Positions 8,742 to 17,773 of a stretch of DNA of 52,811 bases are shown one piece after another. Source of the stretch: Candidatus Pacearchaeota archaeon (GTDB lineage: Archaea; Nanobdellota; Nanobdellia; Pacearchaeales; GW2011-AR1); NCBI GenBank assembly GCA_017609755.1, contig JAFCDI010000005.1, forward strand, positions 1-52,811, in the 5' to 3' direction. The position numbers were made by a program, and so were the translations under genes. The notes beneath the pieces are model-generated. The model was not told where the DNA came from. It worked only from the letters and a program-made list of their open reading frames with translations, and ran no database searches. Position 1 is the stretch's first letter. Each line of letters opens with the position of its first letter.

Positions 8742-8879
8742 TTAATCGGTTTTTACTTTTTTTACTTTTGTTCTTGGTTTGTAAAAAATCTTGCTTCCAC
8801 AAAAAGGACATACAAATCTCTTATCTAGATTTGTGTTTGTAACTTTTTTTCCACATTTAAAACATTTGTAGGTTGCCAT
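8742..8879 (-). CDS. rpoP: DNA-directed RNA polymerase subunit P (Rpo12)
   Basis: 45-aa ORF not in the track: MATYKCFKCGKKVTNTNLDKRFVCPFCGSKIFYKPRTKVKKVKTD. CxxC...CxxC zinc ribbon. TAATG overlap with rpl37ae. Confidence 0.8.
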   Translation of the reverse strand: MATYKCFKCGKKVTNTNLDKRFVCPFCGSKIFYKPRTKVKKVKTD

Positions 8880-9097
8880 TATGATAGATGATATGTTCCT
8901 CCTGCAAACTTTTTATTACATTTTGAACATTGCCAAATTCCTTTTGATAATCTTTTTGCTCCTAATTTTCCACAAAAAGGACATTTTTGCTTTACTCTTT
9001 GTCGAGATTCTACTTTAACTAATTTTGCCCTAACTCTTTTTCCATATCTTGGACCAAAACGTCCAGATGATTTTGATTTCTTTGTTTTTGATGCCAT
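8879..9097 (-). CDS. rpl37ae: Ribosomal protein eL43 (L37Ae)
   Basis: GRFGPRYG...CPFCG...WQCSKCNKKFAGGTY, with the zinc-ribbon pattern of eL43. Confidence 0.9.
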   Translation of the reverse strand: MASKTKKSKSSGRFGPRYGKRVRAKLVKVESRQRVKQKCPFCGKLGAKRLSKGIWQCSKCNKKFAGGTYHLS

Positions 9098-9194
9098 TTT
9101 ATTTTAAAAAACAAAGGCTCGAAAATTTCTTGATTTTCGTTGTCTTGTTTTAGTTGCCATTTTGTTTTAATTTATTTTCTAAGATTATTTTGAA

Positions 9195-9268
9195 TGGGGC
9201 TGCCAGGATTTGAACCTGGGTCACGAAGTCCCAAACCTCGTAGCTTAACCAAGCTGGCCCACAGCCCC
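9195..9268 (-). tRNA. tRNA-Pro (anticodon UGG)
   Basis: Hand-folded cloverleaf. Acceptor GGGGCTG/CAGCCCC, anticodon stem CGAGG/CTTCG with loop TT-TGG-GA, T arm CCAGG-TTCAAAT-CCTGG, discriminator A. No encoded CCA. Confidence 0.85.
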
Positions 9269-9291
9269 CTAAAAACTAAGGGCTCTAGGAA

Positions 9292-9299
9292 TTTATAAA
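9292..9299 (-). promoter_or_regulatory. TATA box (TTTATAAA) for tRNA-Pro
   Basis: The octamer ends 31 nt upstream of the tRNA 5' end. Confidence 0.5.
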
Positions 9300-9300
9300 A

Positions 9301-9942
9301 CTATTTCTTTTCTTCTTTGGAAGCATCTTTTTCTTCTTTTGGAGCAGCTTTTTCTTCTTCAGCTTCTTTTGCTGCTTTTTCTTGTTTTATTTTCTTTTCC
9401 TGTTCTTGATGAATATTATCAAAATATTCTTTTAATTCTGCTTTTTTCTCTTCAGAAGTCTCTATTTTTTCTTCTGAAATCTCTTTGTCGTATTTTCCTT
9501 GATTAATTTCTTGAATTATTTCTTGAGGAGATTTACTTTCAATTAATATTCCTAAACTTACACAAGTTCCTGCAACAGATTTTACTGCTTCTTTTAAATT
9601 TCTCGCTAAAAGATTTTGGAACTTTGTTTTAGACACAGAAATTATTTGTTCTATTGAAGCATTTGCAACTTGAATTTTACTTTGCTCTCCTGAACCCTTT
9701 TCAATTCCTAATTCTTTTTTTAATAATTCTGATACAGGAGGTGAGAAAACTTGTACTGAAAAATCTTTTGTTTCAGGATTTATATTAATCTCTACTGGAA
9801 CTTTTAAGCCTTTCATTTCTTGTGTAGCCTCATTAACTTTTGAGATTATGTCTCCCATATTCATTCCAAGAGGCCCTAGTTTTTGACTAAGAGCTGGACC
9901 AGGTTTCATTTTTCCACCTTCTGCTAAAATTTTGATTATCAT
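9301..9942 (-). CDS. rpl11: Ribosomal protein uL11 with a Lys/Glu-rich C-terminal extension of about 50 aa
   Basis: GGKMKPGPALSQKLGPLGMNMG...PPVSELLKK is the uL11 core. The tail is ...EKKIKQEKAAKEAEEEKAAPKEEKDASKEEKK. Confidence 0.9.
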   Translation of the reverse strand: MIIKILAEGGKMKPGPALSQKLGPLGMNMGDIISKVNEATQEMKGLKVPVEININPETKDFSVQVFSPPVSELLKKELGIEKGSGEQSKIQVANASIEQIISVSKTKFQNLLARNLKEAVKSVAGTCVSLGILIESKSPQEIIQEINQGKYDKEISEEKIETSEEKKAELKEYFDNIHQEQEKKIKQEKAAKEAEEEKAAPKEEKDASKEEKK

Positions 9943-10394
9943 AATTCTTCTTCTCCTTCTTCTCTTCTTATTACTTTTACATTATCTAATTTAATTGTTA
10001 CTGGCAGTGGAACAACTGCTCCTAACAAACTTACAACTACTTCTCCTTTTTGCTTATCTATTCTTAAAACTTTTGCTTTTTCTTTTTTAAAAGGTTCTGA
10101 TAAAATTTCCACTAAATCTCCATCTTTAATAGTTACAGAAGTTATAGAAGGTTCTACCATATTTTTTATTTCTTCATATCCTATTGTTTTTCCAATAATT
10201 CCTTTAACATAAGGTAAATTAAAAACAGCTTCTTCTGCTGAATCTCTATCTTCTGCTTCTAAAAGAATATATCCTCTTAATCCTTGTGGAAGTGAAACAG
10301 AATATACATTAAGATTCTTTTTTTCAGCTCTATCAGAGATCATATCAACTGCTCTCTCTTCTTTGTTTGTTGTTACTTTAATGATAAATATCAT
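9939..10394 (-). CDS. spt5: Transcription elongation factor Spt5 (NusG)
   Basis: NGN domain followed by a KOW motif (GDLVEILSEPFKKEKAKVLRID). Canonical secE-spt5-rpl11 order. Confidence 0.85.
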   Translation of the reverse strand: MIFIIKVTTNKEERAVDMISDRAEKKNLNVYSVSLPQGLRGYILLEAEDRDSAEEAVFNLPYVKGIIGKTIGYEEIKNMVEPSITSVTIKDGDLVEILSEPFKKEKAKVLRIDKQKGEVVVSLLGAVVPLPVTIKLDNVKVIRREEGEEEL

Positions 10395-10409
10395 TTGTTT
10401 TTAGCTCCG

Positions 10410-10437
10410 TCTATTTCTCAATCTACTAAGAAATAGA
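10410..10437 (-). promoter_or_regulatory. Perfect 9-bp hairpin in the spt5-rpl11 leader
   Basis: tctatttct / agaaataga with a 10-nt loop, lying between the TATA box (10460-10467) and the spt5 start (10394). Confidence 0.35.
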
Positions 10438-10459
10438 TATAAATAAATGATATATTGAG

Positions 10460-10467
10460 TTTATAAA
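10460..10467 (-). promoter_or_regulatory. TATA box (TTTATAAA) for spt5-rpl11
   Basis: The octamer lies 66-73 nt upstream of the spt5 ATG, which implies a leader of about 45 nt. Confidence 0.4.
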
Positions 10468-10472
10468 ACTTA

Positions 10473-10649
10473 TTATTCAAAGATATTCAAAATCAGAGAA
10501 ATTAAAAATCCCAAAAGTCCTAAAATTCCAATTCCAATTGCAGAAACCTTTGTAATTTGTTCAAACTCTTGTTTGCTTGGCTTTTTCAAAGTATGCCAAA
10601 CACGTTTACACTTAATTAAAAAAGATTTTGTTTTTGTTAATATTGCCAT
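10473..10649 (-). CDS. secE: Preprotein translocase subunit SecE (Sec61 gamma)
   Basis: 58-aa ORF not in the track: MAILTKTKSFLIKCKRVWHTLKKPSKQEFEQITKVSAIGIGILGLLGFLISLILNIFE. Single C-terminal TM helix. Canonical position upstream of spt5. Confidence 0.8.
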   Translation of the reverse strand: MAILTKTKSFLIKCKRVWHTLKKPSKQEFEQITKVSAIGIGILGLLGFLISLILNIFE

Positions 10650-10680
10650 ATTGAAAAGAATTATTTAGGGTTTTTAAGTT

Positions 10681-10983
10681 TTATTCAGAGTAAGGATTCT
10701 TCATAAGATTCTTAATATTCTCTAAAGCATCTCTGAATCTTCCATTATACTCTACTTCTTCTCCTGCTAATAATCTTTCTAAAGTTTCACAAATATCATT
10801 ATAGTGGAAAAATTCTCCTGAATCATCTTTTAAATTTCGCTCAATAAAAAGAGTGCTCGGAGACAAATATTGATGAGGTTTTAAAACAAGTCCATTAATT
10901 CTTTTTCTAGAACCTATTTTATTTATGGAATTAAAAGCTTCTTTATAATCTCCTATTATCTGTCTTTTTATTTCTAAATCCAT
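10681..10983 (-). CDS. Hypothetical protein
   Basis: 100-aa ORF between ftsZ and secE. No motif recognised. Confidence 0.4.
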   Translation of the reverse strand: MDLEIKRQIIGDYKEAFNSINKIGSRKRINGLVLKPHQYLSPSTLFIERNLKDDSGEFFHYNDICETLERLLAGEEVEYNGRFRDALENIKNLMKNPYSE

Positions 10984-10985
10984 TT

Positions 10986-12104
10986 TTATTCAAAGAATTC
11001 TATTCCTAGTTCATCCTCAATTTCACCATGCTTTATTGATTCTATAGATTCTTTTTGTCCAAGAATTTGTGCGCTTTTAACACCTGTAACTATTAATAAA
11101 ACTCTAATTGCTTTTTCCATATCATCTGATATTTGAGCTCCTCCAATTAATTTTGCATTTGCGTCTAATTTTTCTCCAACTGCTTCAATTATTAATTTAT
11201 ATTCGTCAAGACTCATGTCCGGGCCTCCAATAACATTTACTAGTGCTCCTGTTGCATCTGAAATATCTACATCTAAAAGAGGATTTTGTATTGCTTTTTC
11301 AACTGCCTCAATTGCTCTCTGAGCACTATCTGATTCTCCCATTCCAATTAAAGAAACTCCTGCATCAAGCATAACTGCCTTTACATCTGCAAAATCCAAA
11401 TTAACTAGTCCATTAGTTGTCACAAGTTCTGTTATTCCCTTAACTGCATTTGTTAATATTTCATCTGCTATTTTAAATGCTGTATGAAGAGGTAATTCAG
11501 GTGCCAATTCTAATAATTTATCATTTGGAATTACAATTAAAGTGTCAACAACTGCCTCTAATCTTTCTAAACCATCTGATGCATTCTCTAATCTTTTTCT
11601 ACCTTCAATTGTAAAAGGTAAAGTTACAACTCCTATTGTTAATGCTCCTTGTTTTTTTGCCAAACCCGAAACAATTGGAGCTGCACCAGTACCTGTTCCA
11701 CCCCCTAAACCACAAGTTATGAATATCATATCGCTTCCTGAAAGTTTCTTTTTTATTTCTGATTCTGATTCTTTTGCTGCTTCTGCTCCTACTTTAGGAT
11801 TACTTCCTGCACCAAGCCCTTGAGTTAATTCTCTTCCAATTAAAATTTTCTGATCTGCACTAGTATATAATAAATCTTGAGCATCTGTATTAATAGCAAT
11901 TAACTCTCCCCCTTTAATTCCAATTTCTCTCATTCTACTCAAGGAGTTTCCTCCACCTCCTCCAATTCCAATAACTTTAATTTTTGCAGTTTGCTTTTTT
12001 AATAACTCTGCTAATTCTTGATCTATTTCTCTTAATTCAGGAGATAAATCTGAGTTTCTATCTGAAGAAATCTCTCTATTTCCTGAAGAATAAATATCAT
12101 CCAT
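10986..12104 (-). CDS. ftsZ: Cell division GTPase FtsZ
   Basis: Tubulin signature [15 protein letters not shown]-terminal GIGGGGGN, and NTDAQDL. Confidence 0.95.
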   Translation of the reverse strand: MDDIYSSGNREISSDRNSDLSPELREIDQELAELLKKQTAKIKVIGIGGGGGNSLSRMREIGIKGGELIAINTDAQDLLYTSADQKILIGRELTQGLGAGSNPKVGAEAAKESESEIKKKLSGSDMIFITCGLGGGTGTGAAPIVSGLAKKQGALTIGVVTLPFTIEGRKRLENASDGLERLEAVVDTLIVIPNDKLLELAPELPLHTAFKIADEILTNAVKGITELVTTNGLVNLDFADVKAVMLDAGVSLIGMGESDSAQRAIEAVEKAIQNPLLDVDISDATGALVNVIGGPDMSLDEYKLIIEAVGEKLDANAKLIGGAQISDDMEKAIRVLLIVTGVKSAQILGQKESIESIKHGEIEDELGIEFFE

Positions 12105-12178
12105 AATTTAATTAGTTCAAATTGCTTTATAAGAATTATTGTGATTTTTTGGAAGCATCTTTTATTTTATGGGCTATT

Positions 12179-12415
12179 ATGAAAAGTAATTTAGTCAAAA
12201 GACAATTTTTTTATAAACAATCTGGTAGTTTACAACCTTCAATAACTCCAGAAAACTTTAAAGAAATGATTTTAATTCCGATGCCAAAAGATGAATTAAA
12301 AAAGAAGATAATTGAAAAGGTAAAAGAAGATATTAAAGATGCTACAACTTTTAAAGAAAAATATAATATTAGTTTAAATAAAGCGAGAAACATTTTAAAA
12401 GAAAGTATTTTATAA
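12179..12415 (+). CDS. Small ORF resembling the conserved C-terminal region of a type I R-M specificity (HsdS) subunit; possibly a gene remnant
   Basis: SGSLQPSITPENFKEMILIPMPKDELKKKIIEKVKEDI resembles the HsdS pattern G..q..i....l....iPlP...EQ..I. No partner R-M genes are present in the window. Confidence 0.25.
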   Translation: MKSNLVKRQFFYKQSGSLQPSITPENFKEMILIPMPKDELKKKIIEKVKEDIKDATTFKEKYNISLNKARNILKESIL

Positions 12416-12503
12416 TATTTAAAAATTTTTAAACAGCCACTACTTATTAAACAAAGCCTATTTTATGAAAAGATTTAAATAAGGTGTTCAAAATATAAAA
12501 AGA

Positions 12504-13007
12504 ATGCCTCTAGATGAAAAAATAAAAGGTTTAATAATTCCCTCTGGAAATGAGAAAGACGATATAGAAAGAGCCAAAGCTGCAATTAAATATAATACTG
12601 AAAATAGCTCGAACATTCCATATATTGTTTCTGGATTAGGTCCTGACACCAATATTGCTCTTGGATACGAAGAGAATGAAGAGAACAAAGAACTTGATTT
12701 TCACGAAAAACTTTATGATTTTATGATAAATAATACTAAAGGAACTTTTGGAATTGACATAAAATCTGTGAACTCTATAGAAAACATTTTATACACTTTT
12801 CCAAAAGGAACTGAAGGCAAATATATTCTATTTTCTTATCCTCTGCATTTAAAAAGATTTGAAAAAATAATTAACAAAGCTAAAGAAAAAGGAAAGATTT
12901 CTGAAAATCTAGAAATAGAATTTGTTCCTACAAGGCAAACTCTAAAACATTTTATTTATGAAAAGATGGGCACAATAAAAAGAATAAAAGATATGAAAAG
13001 AATTTAA
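12504..13007 (+). CDS. DUF218/YdcF-like protein
   Basis: SVNSIENILYTF and ILFSYPLHLKRF resemble the S.nT.eNa and VTs.fH..R motifs of DUF218. Confidence 0.35.
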   Translation: MPLDEKIKGLIIPSGNEKDDIERAKAAIKYNTENSSNIPYIVSGLGPDTNIALGYEENEENKELDFHEKLYDFMINNTKGTFGIDIKSVNSIENILYTFPKGTEGKYILFSYPLHLKRFEKIINKAKEKGKISENLEIEFVPTRQTLKHFIYEKMGTIKRIKDMKRI

Positions 13008-13642
13008 TTCTTCTTCTCTTCAATTCCCTTAACCTCTAAATCCAAATTCAAGATTTCTTTAAATTTATCTTTAAACATTTCCATAAATTTCACTTTCTCT
13101 TTTTCAGTTTCTAAAATTAACTTTTTATTCTTTATTTCAAATTTCATTTCTTTTTGAAAAAGAAAATCAATCAAAGCTTTTACTTTTTCATTTAAATCCT
13201 CAATTTTTCTAAGGATTTTTATTTTATATTCCACATTCTTTCCTGCAATTGGATGATTAAAGTCAACCATTATTCTTCCTCCTGTAACAGTAAGTATTTT
13301 TCCAATTCTTCCATCAAAATTAAATCTTGCTCCAGGAATAGGATTTACTTTTTGTTCTAAGAATATCTTAAGAGGCATCATTTGAATTAGATTTGCGTCT
13401 CTTTTACCAAATGCTTTTTCAGGAGGCAATTCAATAGAGTACTCTCCAATTTCTTTTCCAATTAGAAAATCATCAATTGAATCTAAAAACATGTGATGTC
13501 CAAGAGAAAATATAAAAGGTTTGAATTCTGTTTTTAATTCTTCTTCTCTTAAATCTTCTTTTTTATTTGAATCAAAAATTTCTCCATTGCTTGTTTTTGC
13601 TGTAAATTCTATCTCAATAAAATCATTTTTTTGAAGTGCCAT
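13004..13642 (-). CDS. FKBP-type peptidyl-prolyl cis-trans isomerase (SlyD-like, with IF insert and C-terminal domain)
   Basis: IEFTAKTSNGEIFDSN... and FNHPIAGKNVEYKIKILRK, the HPLAGK signature of archaeal FKBPs. Confidence 0.75.
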   Translation of the reverse strand: MALQKNDFIEIEFTAKTSNGEIFDSNKKEDLREEELKTEFKPFIFSLGHHMFLDSIDDFLIGKEIGEYSIELPPEKAFGKRDANLIQMMPLKIFLEQKVNPIPGARFNFDGRIGKILTVTGGRIMVDFNHPIAGKNVEYKIKILRKIEDLNEKVKALIDFLFQKEMKFEIKNKKLILETEKEKVKFMEMFKDKFKEILNLDLEVKGIEEKKN

Positions 13643-13663
13643 TTATTTCTCTAATTAAAAATG

Positions 13664-13671
13664 TTTATAAA
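13664..13671 (+). promoter_or_regulatory. TATA box (TTTATAAA) for aIF5A
   Basis: The octamer starts 29 nt upstream of the ATG at 13693, which supports that start over the track start at 13636. Confidence 0.5.
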
Positions 13672-13692
13672 TCTATTTTTTTTGAATGTATT

Positions 13693-14082
13693 ATGGTTTT
13701 AAAAATAATTAATGCCACAGAAGCAAAAGTAGGAACAAATATTATTGTTGATGATATGCCTTGCACTGTTAAGAGTATTGACATTAGTAAAACCGGAAAA
13801 CACGGACATGCAAAATGTAGAATAGAAACAGTTGGAATAATCACTGGACAAAAAAAGGTTTTTGTAGTTCCTGGACACGAAAGACTCGAAGTTCCAAAAG
13901 TAGATAAAAGAAAAGGACAGGTTTTATCAATTGCAGGAAACAAGGTTAGTATAATGGATTTAGAAAGTTTTGAAACTTTAGAAGTTCCTTGTTCTGAAGA
14001 AATAAGAAATGAACTTGAAGAGAATTCAAATGTAGAATATTGGGATGTTGAAGGTGAAAAAATAGTTAAAAGAAAACTGTAA
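13693..14082 (+). CDS. eif5a: Translation initiation factor 5A (aIF5A)
   Basis: Hypusination loop SKTGKHGHAKCRIE. Length is about 129 aa from the internal ATG. Confidence 0.9.
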   Translation: MVLKIINATEAKVGTNIIVDDMPCTVKSIDISKTGKHGHAKCRIETVGIITGQKKVFVVPGHERLEVPKVDKRKGQVLSIAGNKVSIMDLESFETLEVPCSEEIRNELEENSNVEYWDVEGEKIVKRKL

Positions 14083-14085
14083 AAA

Positions 14086-14247
14086 ATGGCTAAAATAAAA
14101 GAAGCTCAAAATAGAATATTCAAAAACATATTTATATGTAAAAATTGTCATGCAAGAATTAGAGCAGATCCTCAAAAAATTCTAAAAGGAAAAGTTAAAT
14201 GTAGAAAATGCGGAAAAAGCGCATTTCGTCCTTTAAAGAAAAAATAA
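14086..14247 (+). CDS. rpl40e: Ribosomal protein eL40
   Basis: 53-aa ORF not in the track: MAKIKEAQNRIFKNIFICKNCHARIRADPQKILKGKVKCRKCGKSAFRPLKKK. C4 zinc ribbon. Confidence 0.8.
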   Translation: MAKIKEAQNRIFKNIFICKNCHARIRADPQKILKGKVKCRKCGKSAFRPLKKK

Positions 14248-14284
14248 ATCTTTTTGTATCTAAAAAGATTAAAAGAGGAATAAA

Positions 14285-15709
14285 ATGAACTTGGCTATTT
14301 ATGATTTAATTTTGTTGGGTATTTTTTTAATATTTTTAGCAGTATTTCTTTATAAAAAAAGAACTCAAATAAAAAAAGAGGGATTTCTACTTTTGTATCG
14401 AACAAATTGGGGAATTAAATTAATTAATAAATTTGGAAAAAAGTACAGGAAAACTCTAAAAATTCTAAGTTATGTGTCAATAGCTACAGGATATCTGCTT
14501 ATGACAGGAATGATTTATCTTGTTGGAAAAATAATTTATCTTTATGTTTCATATCCTCATATAGTAAGAGCAATAAAAGTTCCTCCAATAATGCCTTTAA
14601 TTCCTTATCTTCCTCAAGTATTTAGTTTAGATTTTCTTCCTGCTTTTTATTTTACATATTGGATTATAATAATTGCAATTATTGCAATTCCTCATGAATT
14701 TGCTCATGGAATTTTTGCTGCTCTAAACAAAGTTAAAATAAAGAAAACAGGATTTGGATTTTTTCCTTTTTTTCTTCCAGTTTTTTTAGCTGCCTTTGTA
14801 GAGCTTGATGAAAAAAACATGCAGAAAAAAAGCATCTTTTCTCAAATGTCTGTGCTCTCTGCAGGAACTTTTGCAAATATTATAACTGCACTTCTTTTTT
14901 TTATAATACTTTTTCTTTTCTTTTCACTTTCATTTGCTCCAGCAGGAGTTATTTTTGATGATTATGCCTATGACCTTGTTGAAATTTCCACAATATCAAG
15001 TGTTAATGGCATTTCTATTGCTAATGCAACTTATTCAAAAGTATCTGAATTAATAAATGAAGAAGGATTAAATAAAATAGAAGCTAATGGACGCAATTAT
15101 GTTTCTACTAAAGAATTCTTAAATCAGCAAGAAGAAATATACAACTATACTTTCTTATATTATGATTCTCCTGCAATAAATGCTGGATTAAAAGGGGCAA
15201 TAACTGAAATTAATGGAATAAAAATAACTAGTTTAGAAGGATTTCAAACTGAGCTTTCAAAATATTCTCCAGGCCAGAAAATAAATATAACAACAGTTTT
15301 TGAAGAAGAAAATCAAAAATATATAATTGAATTAGATGAGAATCCAAATCAAAAAGAATCTCCTTATCTTGGAGTTGGATTTTTAAATGCAGAAAAATCA
15401 GGATTAATAGGAAAGATAAAAGACATGATTTCTTCTTTTAAATCTTCAAATACTTATTATGAATCTAAATTTAATGCTGCCCTTTTCATATATAATTTAT
15501 TGTGGTGGCTTGTTTTAATTAGTTTTAGTGTAGCTTTAATTAATATGCTTCCTGTTGGAATTTTTGATGGAGGAAGATTCTTTTATTTAACAATACTTGC
15601 GATTACAAAAAGCAAAAGTAAAGCAGAAAAAAGTTTCAAATTTCTAACAAGATTCTTTTTATTTTTATTAGTGCTTTTAATGCTTCTCTGGGTAAGAAGT
15701 TTTTTCTAA
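14285..15709 (+). CDS. Site-2 protease family (M50) membrane metalloprotease
   Basis: HEFAHG (HExxH) in a TM helix and NMLPVGIFDGGR (NxxPxxxxDG). Central PDZ-like soluble insert. Confidence 0.75.
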   Translation: MNLAIYDLILLGIFLIFLAVFLYKKRTQIKKEGFLLLYRTNWGIKLINKFGKKYRKTLKILSYVSIATGYLLMTGMIYLVGKIIYLYVSYPHIVRAIKVPPIMPLIPYLPQVFSLDFLPAFYFTYWIIIIAIIAIPHEFAHGIFAALNKVKIKKTGFGFFPFFLPVFLAAFVELDEKNMQKKSIFSQMSVLSAGTFANIITALLFFIILFLFFSLSFAPAGVIFDDYAYDLVEISTISSVNGISIANATYSKVSELINEEGLNKIEANGRNYVSTKEFLNQQEEIYNYTFLYYDSPAINAGLKGAITEINGIKITSLEGFQTELSKYSPGQKINITTVFEEENQKYIIELDENPNQKESPYLGVGFLNAEKSGLIGKIKDMISSFKSSNTYYESKFNAALFIYNLLWWLVLISFSVALINMLPVGIFDGGRFFYLTILAITKSKSKAEKSFKFLTRFFLFLLVLLMLLWVRSFF

Positions 15710-15741
15710 AGGCTTATAAAATAGTTTAAATTTAAAATTTT

Positions 15742-16728
15742 ATGATTCCAGAAAAAATAAAAAAAGTTTTGAAAAAACAACATTATAGAATAGTTGGAAA
15801 TCACTCTGCAATTCAAATATGTCGCTGGACAAAAAATTCTCTAAGAGATGAAGGAGTTTGTTTTAAAGAACAATTTTATGGTATTAAGGCTCATAGATGC
15901 TGTCAAATGACTCCTGCTGTTATGTGGTGTCCAAATAGATGTGAACATTGTTGGAGAGCAACTGAATACACTATTGGAGAGAAAATGGAAGGCAAATTAA
16001 ATTCTCCAAAAGAAATAGTAGATGGATGCATTGAAGCTCAGAGAAAATTATTAGAGGGTTTTAAAATTCTTCCAAAAACAAAATTCAAAACATCCAGTAA
16101 AGTCAATATGGAAAAATGGAAAGAGGCACAAGAACCAAATCATTTTTCAATATCTCTTTCAGGAGAATCAACTCTTTATGCAAAAATAGGAGAGCTTATA
16201 CAGGAAATACGTAGTAGGAGAAAAACAAGCTTTTTAGTTACAAATGGTTTATATCCTGAAAAAATAAAAGAACTTGCAGAAAAAAATCAATTGCCAACTC
16301 AATTAACTGTAACTGTCAATACATCTAATCAAGAACAATATCTTCCTTTTCATAAAAGTTCCATAAAAAATGCTTGGAAAAAACTAAATGAAACTTTAGA
16401 AATATTGTCTGAGTTAAATTGTCGAACTGTTTTTAGAATGAATTTAGTTAAAGGATTTAATATGGAAGAAAAATATCTAAAAGAATTTGCAGAGCTAATT
16501 AAAAAAGCAAATCCAAAATTTGTTCATGTTAAAGGATACATGAGTGTTGGTTTTGCTAGAGAAAGATTAGGATATGAGAAAATGCCAGATAATAAAGAAA
16601 TGCAAAAAGCAGTAGACATTCTCACTAGAGAAACAGAATTAAAATTATTAGACAAACATGAAAGAAGCCGTGCTTATGTTTTAGGAAAAAATAAAGCAGA
16701 TATGAAAATTAAAAAAAGTGAGATTTAA
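15742..16728 (+). CDS. taw1: 4-demethylwyosine synthase Taw1/TYW1 (radical SAM)
   Basis: HYRIVGNHSAIQICRWTK...CFKEQFYGIKAHRCCQMTP...CPNRCEHCWR (CxxxCxxC cluster). Confidence 0.8.
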   Translation: MIPEKIKKVLKKQHYRIVGNHSAIQICRWTKNSLRDEGVCFKEQFYGIKAHRCCQMTPAVMWCPNRCEHCWRATEYTIGEKMEGKLNSPKEIVDGCIEAQRKLLEGFKILPKTKFKTSSKVNMEKWKEAQEPNHFSISLSGESTLYAKIGELIQEIRSRRKTSFLVTNGLYPEKIKELAEKNQLPTQLTVTVNTSNQEQYLPFHKSSIKNAWKKLNETLEILSELNCRTVFRMNLVKGFNMEEKYLKEFAELIKKANPKFVHVKGYMSVGFARERLGYEKMPDNKEMQKAVDILTRETELKLLDKHERSRAYVLGKNKADMKIKKSEI

Positions 16729-17308
16729 TTATTCAAAAAGAAAAAAGATTTTTGATTAGAATTTCTTGCAAAATCAAAAAATCCTTTGAATCTTCCAAAC
16801 TCTTCTTCTGTTCTCCCAGTCATTGAAAATTTATCATTGTCTTCGTAAAAACCTCCATCTAAAAAAGATCTTGCAACTATGATATCTTTTCCTTCAAAGA
16901 AATATCCATAATTCTCTTTAAAATAATTTTGCATCCTAGGAAGTAAAAGTGAATTAAGATTTATTTTCATATAATTAATTCCTGCTTCATCTAATTTATC
17001 TCCATTTCTAACAATGTCTGTTGCATAAATCTCTGCTCCTAATTCCTTAAATGCAAAAGGAAGAACTGGAGAATATCTATACATTCCACATCCTAAATCA
17101 AGAGTTTTTAATCCTTTAAGCGTTCCATCAAATAATTGCAGATAATGAGCAATTGTTTTTGGAGTTATATGAGTGTATTCCTTAGAAACCAAATCTGCTT
17201 TTTTTTGAGCTCTATTAAATATTTTTTAGCTTCTGCTAAAATCTTTGCGTCTAAACCTTTTTCTGAAATAGATTTTGCATTTGCTTTTATTTTAGATAAG
17301 TCTATCAT
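16725..17308 (-). pseudogene. Class I SAM-dependent methyltransferase, reading frame broken in an A8 run (true frameshift or homopolymer miscall)
   Basis: Body ORF 16725..17192 carries motif I (LKTLDLGCGMY) but has only a TTG start. A 47-codon ORF from the ATG at 17308 (MIDLSKIKANAKS...ELKKK), with a correctly spaced TATA-like box, runs into the A8 run at 17199-17206. Adding one A fuses the two into 194 codons. Confidence 0.5.
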
Positions 17309-17417
17309 AGATTAATTTTATAAAAATAGTTTATAACTCTTTTTATTGTAGTTACTGAAAAATAATTACAAATTCTTTTTTATCTATATCTTGCTATTGA
17401 TTTTTTTATGAGATCTT

Positions 17418-17768
17418 TTACAAATCAATAACTCCGTCTTTTGTTAAAGCTGCAAAACGAATTCCTACTGGAAGATTAATTAATGCAGAAATCAAAGCCA
17501 TGTGTTCTTTTCCATCTCCAGAAGCAATAGTTAAAGCTACTTCTGTTCCATTAATTTTGCCCTTAAGTTTTTGAGAAAAATCTTCTTTTAGTTCTTTTAA
17601 TTTTTTATCTAAATCAACTTTAATAAATTCAAAATCTTTATTATGTTTAAAATCCTTTGCAAAATCACTTCCAAGAAGAATTATCTTTTCCCATTCTCCA
17701 TGAGTCATTAATCCTGAAACTTGCCCCCATGTTCCTTTTCCAGTTGATAATAAAGCTATAAGTTCCAT
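17418..17768 (-). CDS. Hypothetical protein (small alpha/beta fold?)
   Basis: 116 aa. STGKGTWG and IASGDGKEHMA loops. No confident family. Confidence 0.4.
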   Translation of the reverse strand: MELIALLSTGKGTWGQVSGLMTHGEWEKIILLGSDFAKDFKHNKDFEFIKVDLDKKLKELKEDFSQKLKGKINGTEVALTIASGDGKEHMALISALINLPVGIRFAALTKDGVIDL

Positions 17769-17773
17769 TTTAT

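Noticed and set aside
17418-17768. ORF 17418-17768 as a CARF-like or P-loop sensor domain (STGKGTWG, IASGDGKEHMA loops).
   Set aside because: The resemblance rests on two short Gly-rich loops. There is no neighbouring effector or cas gene, and I could verify no canonical Walker or CARF signature.
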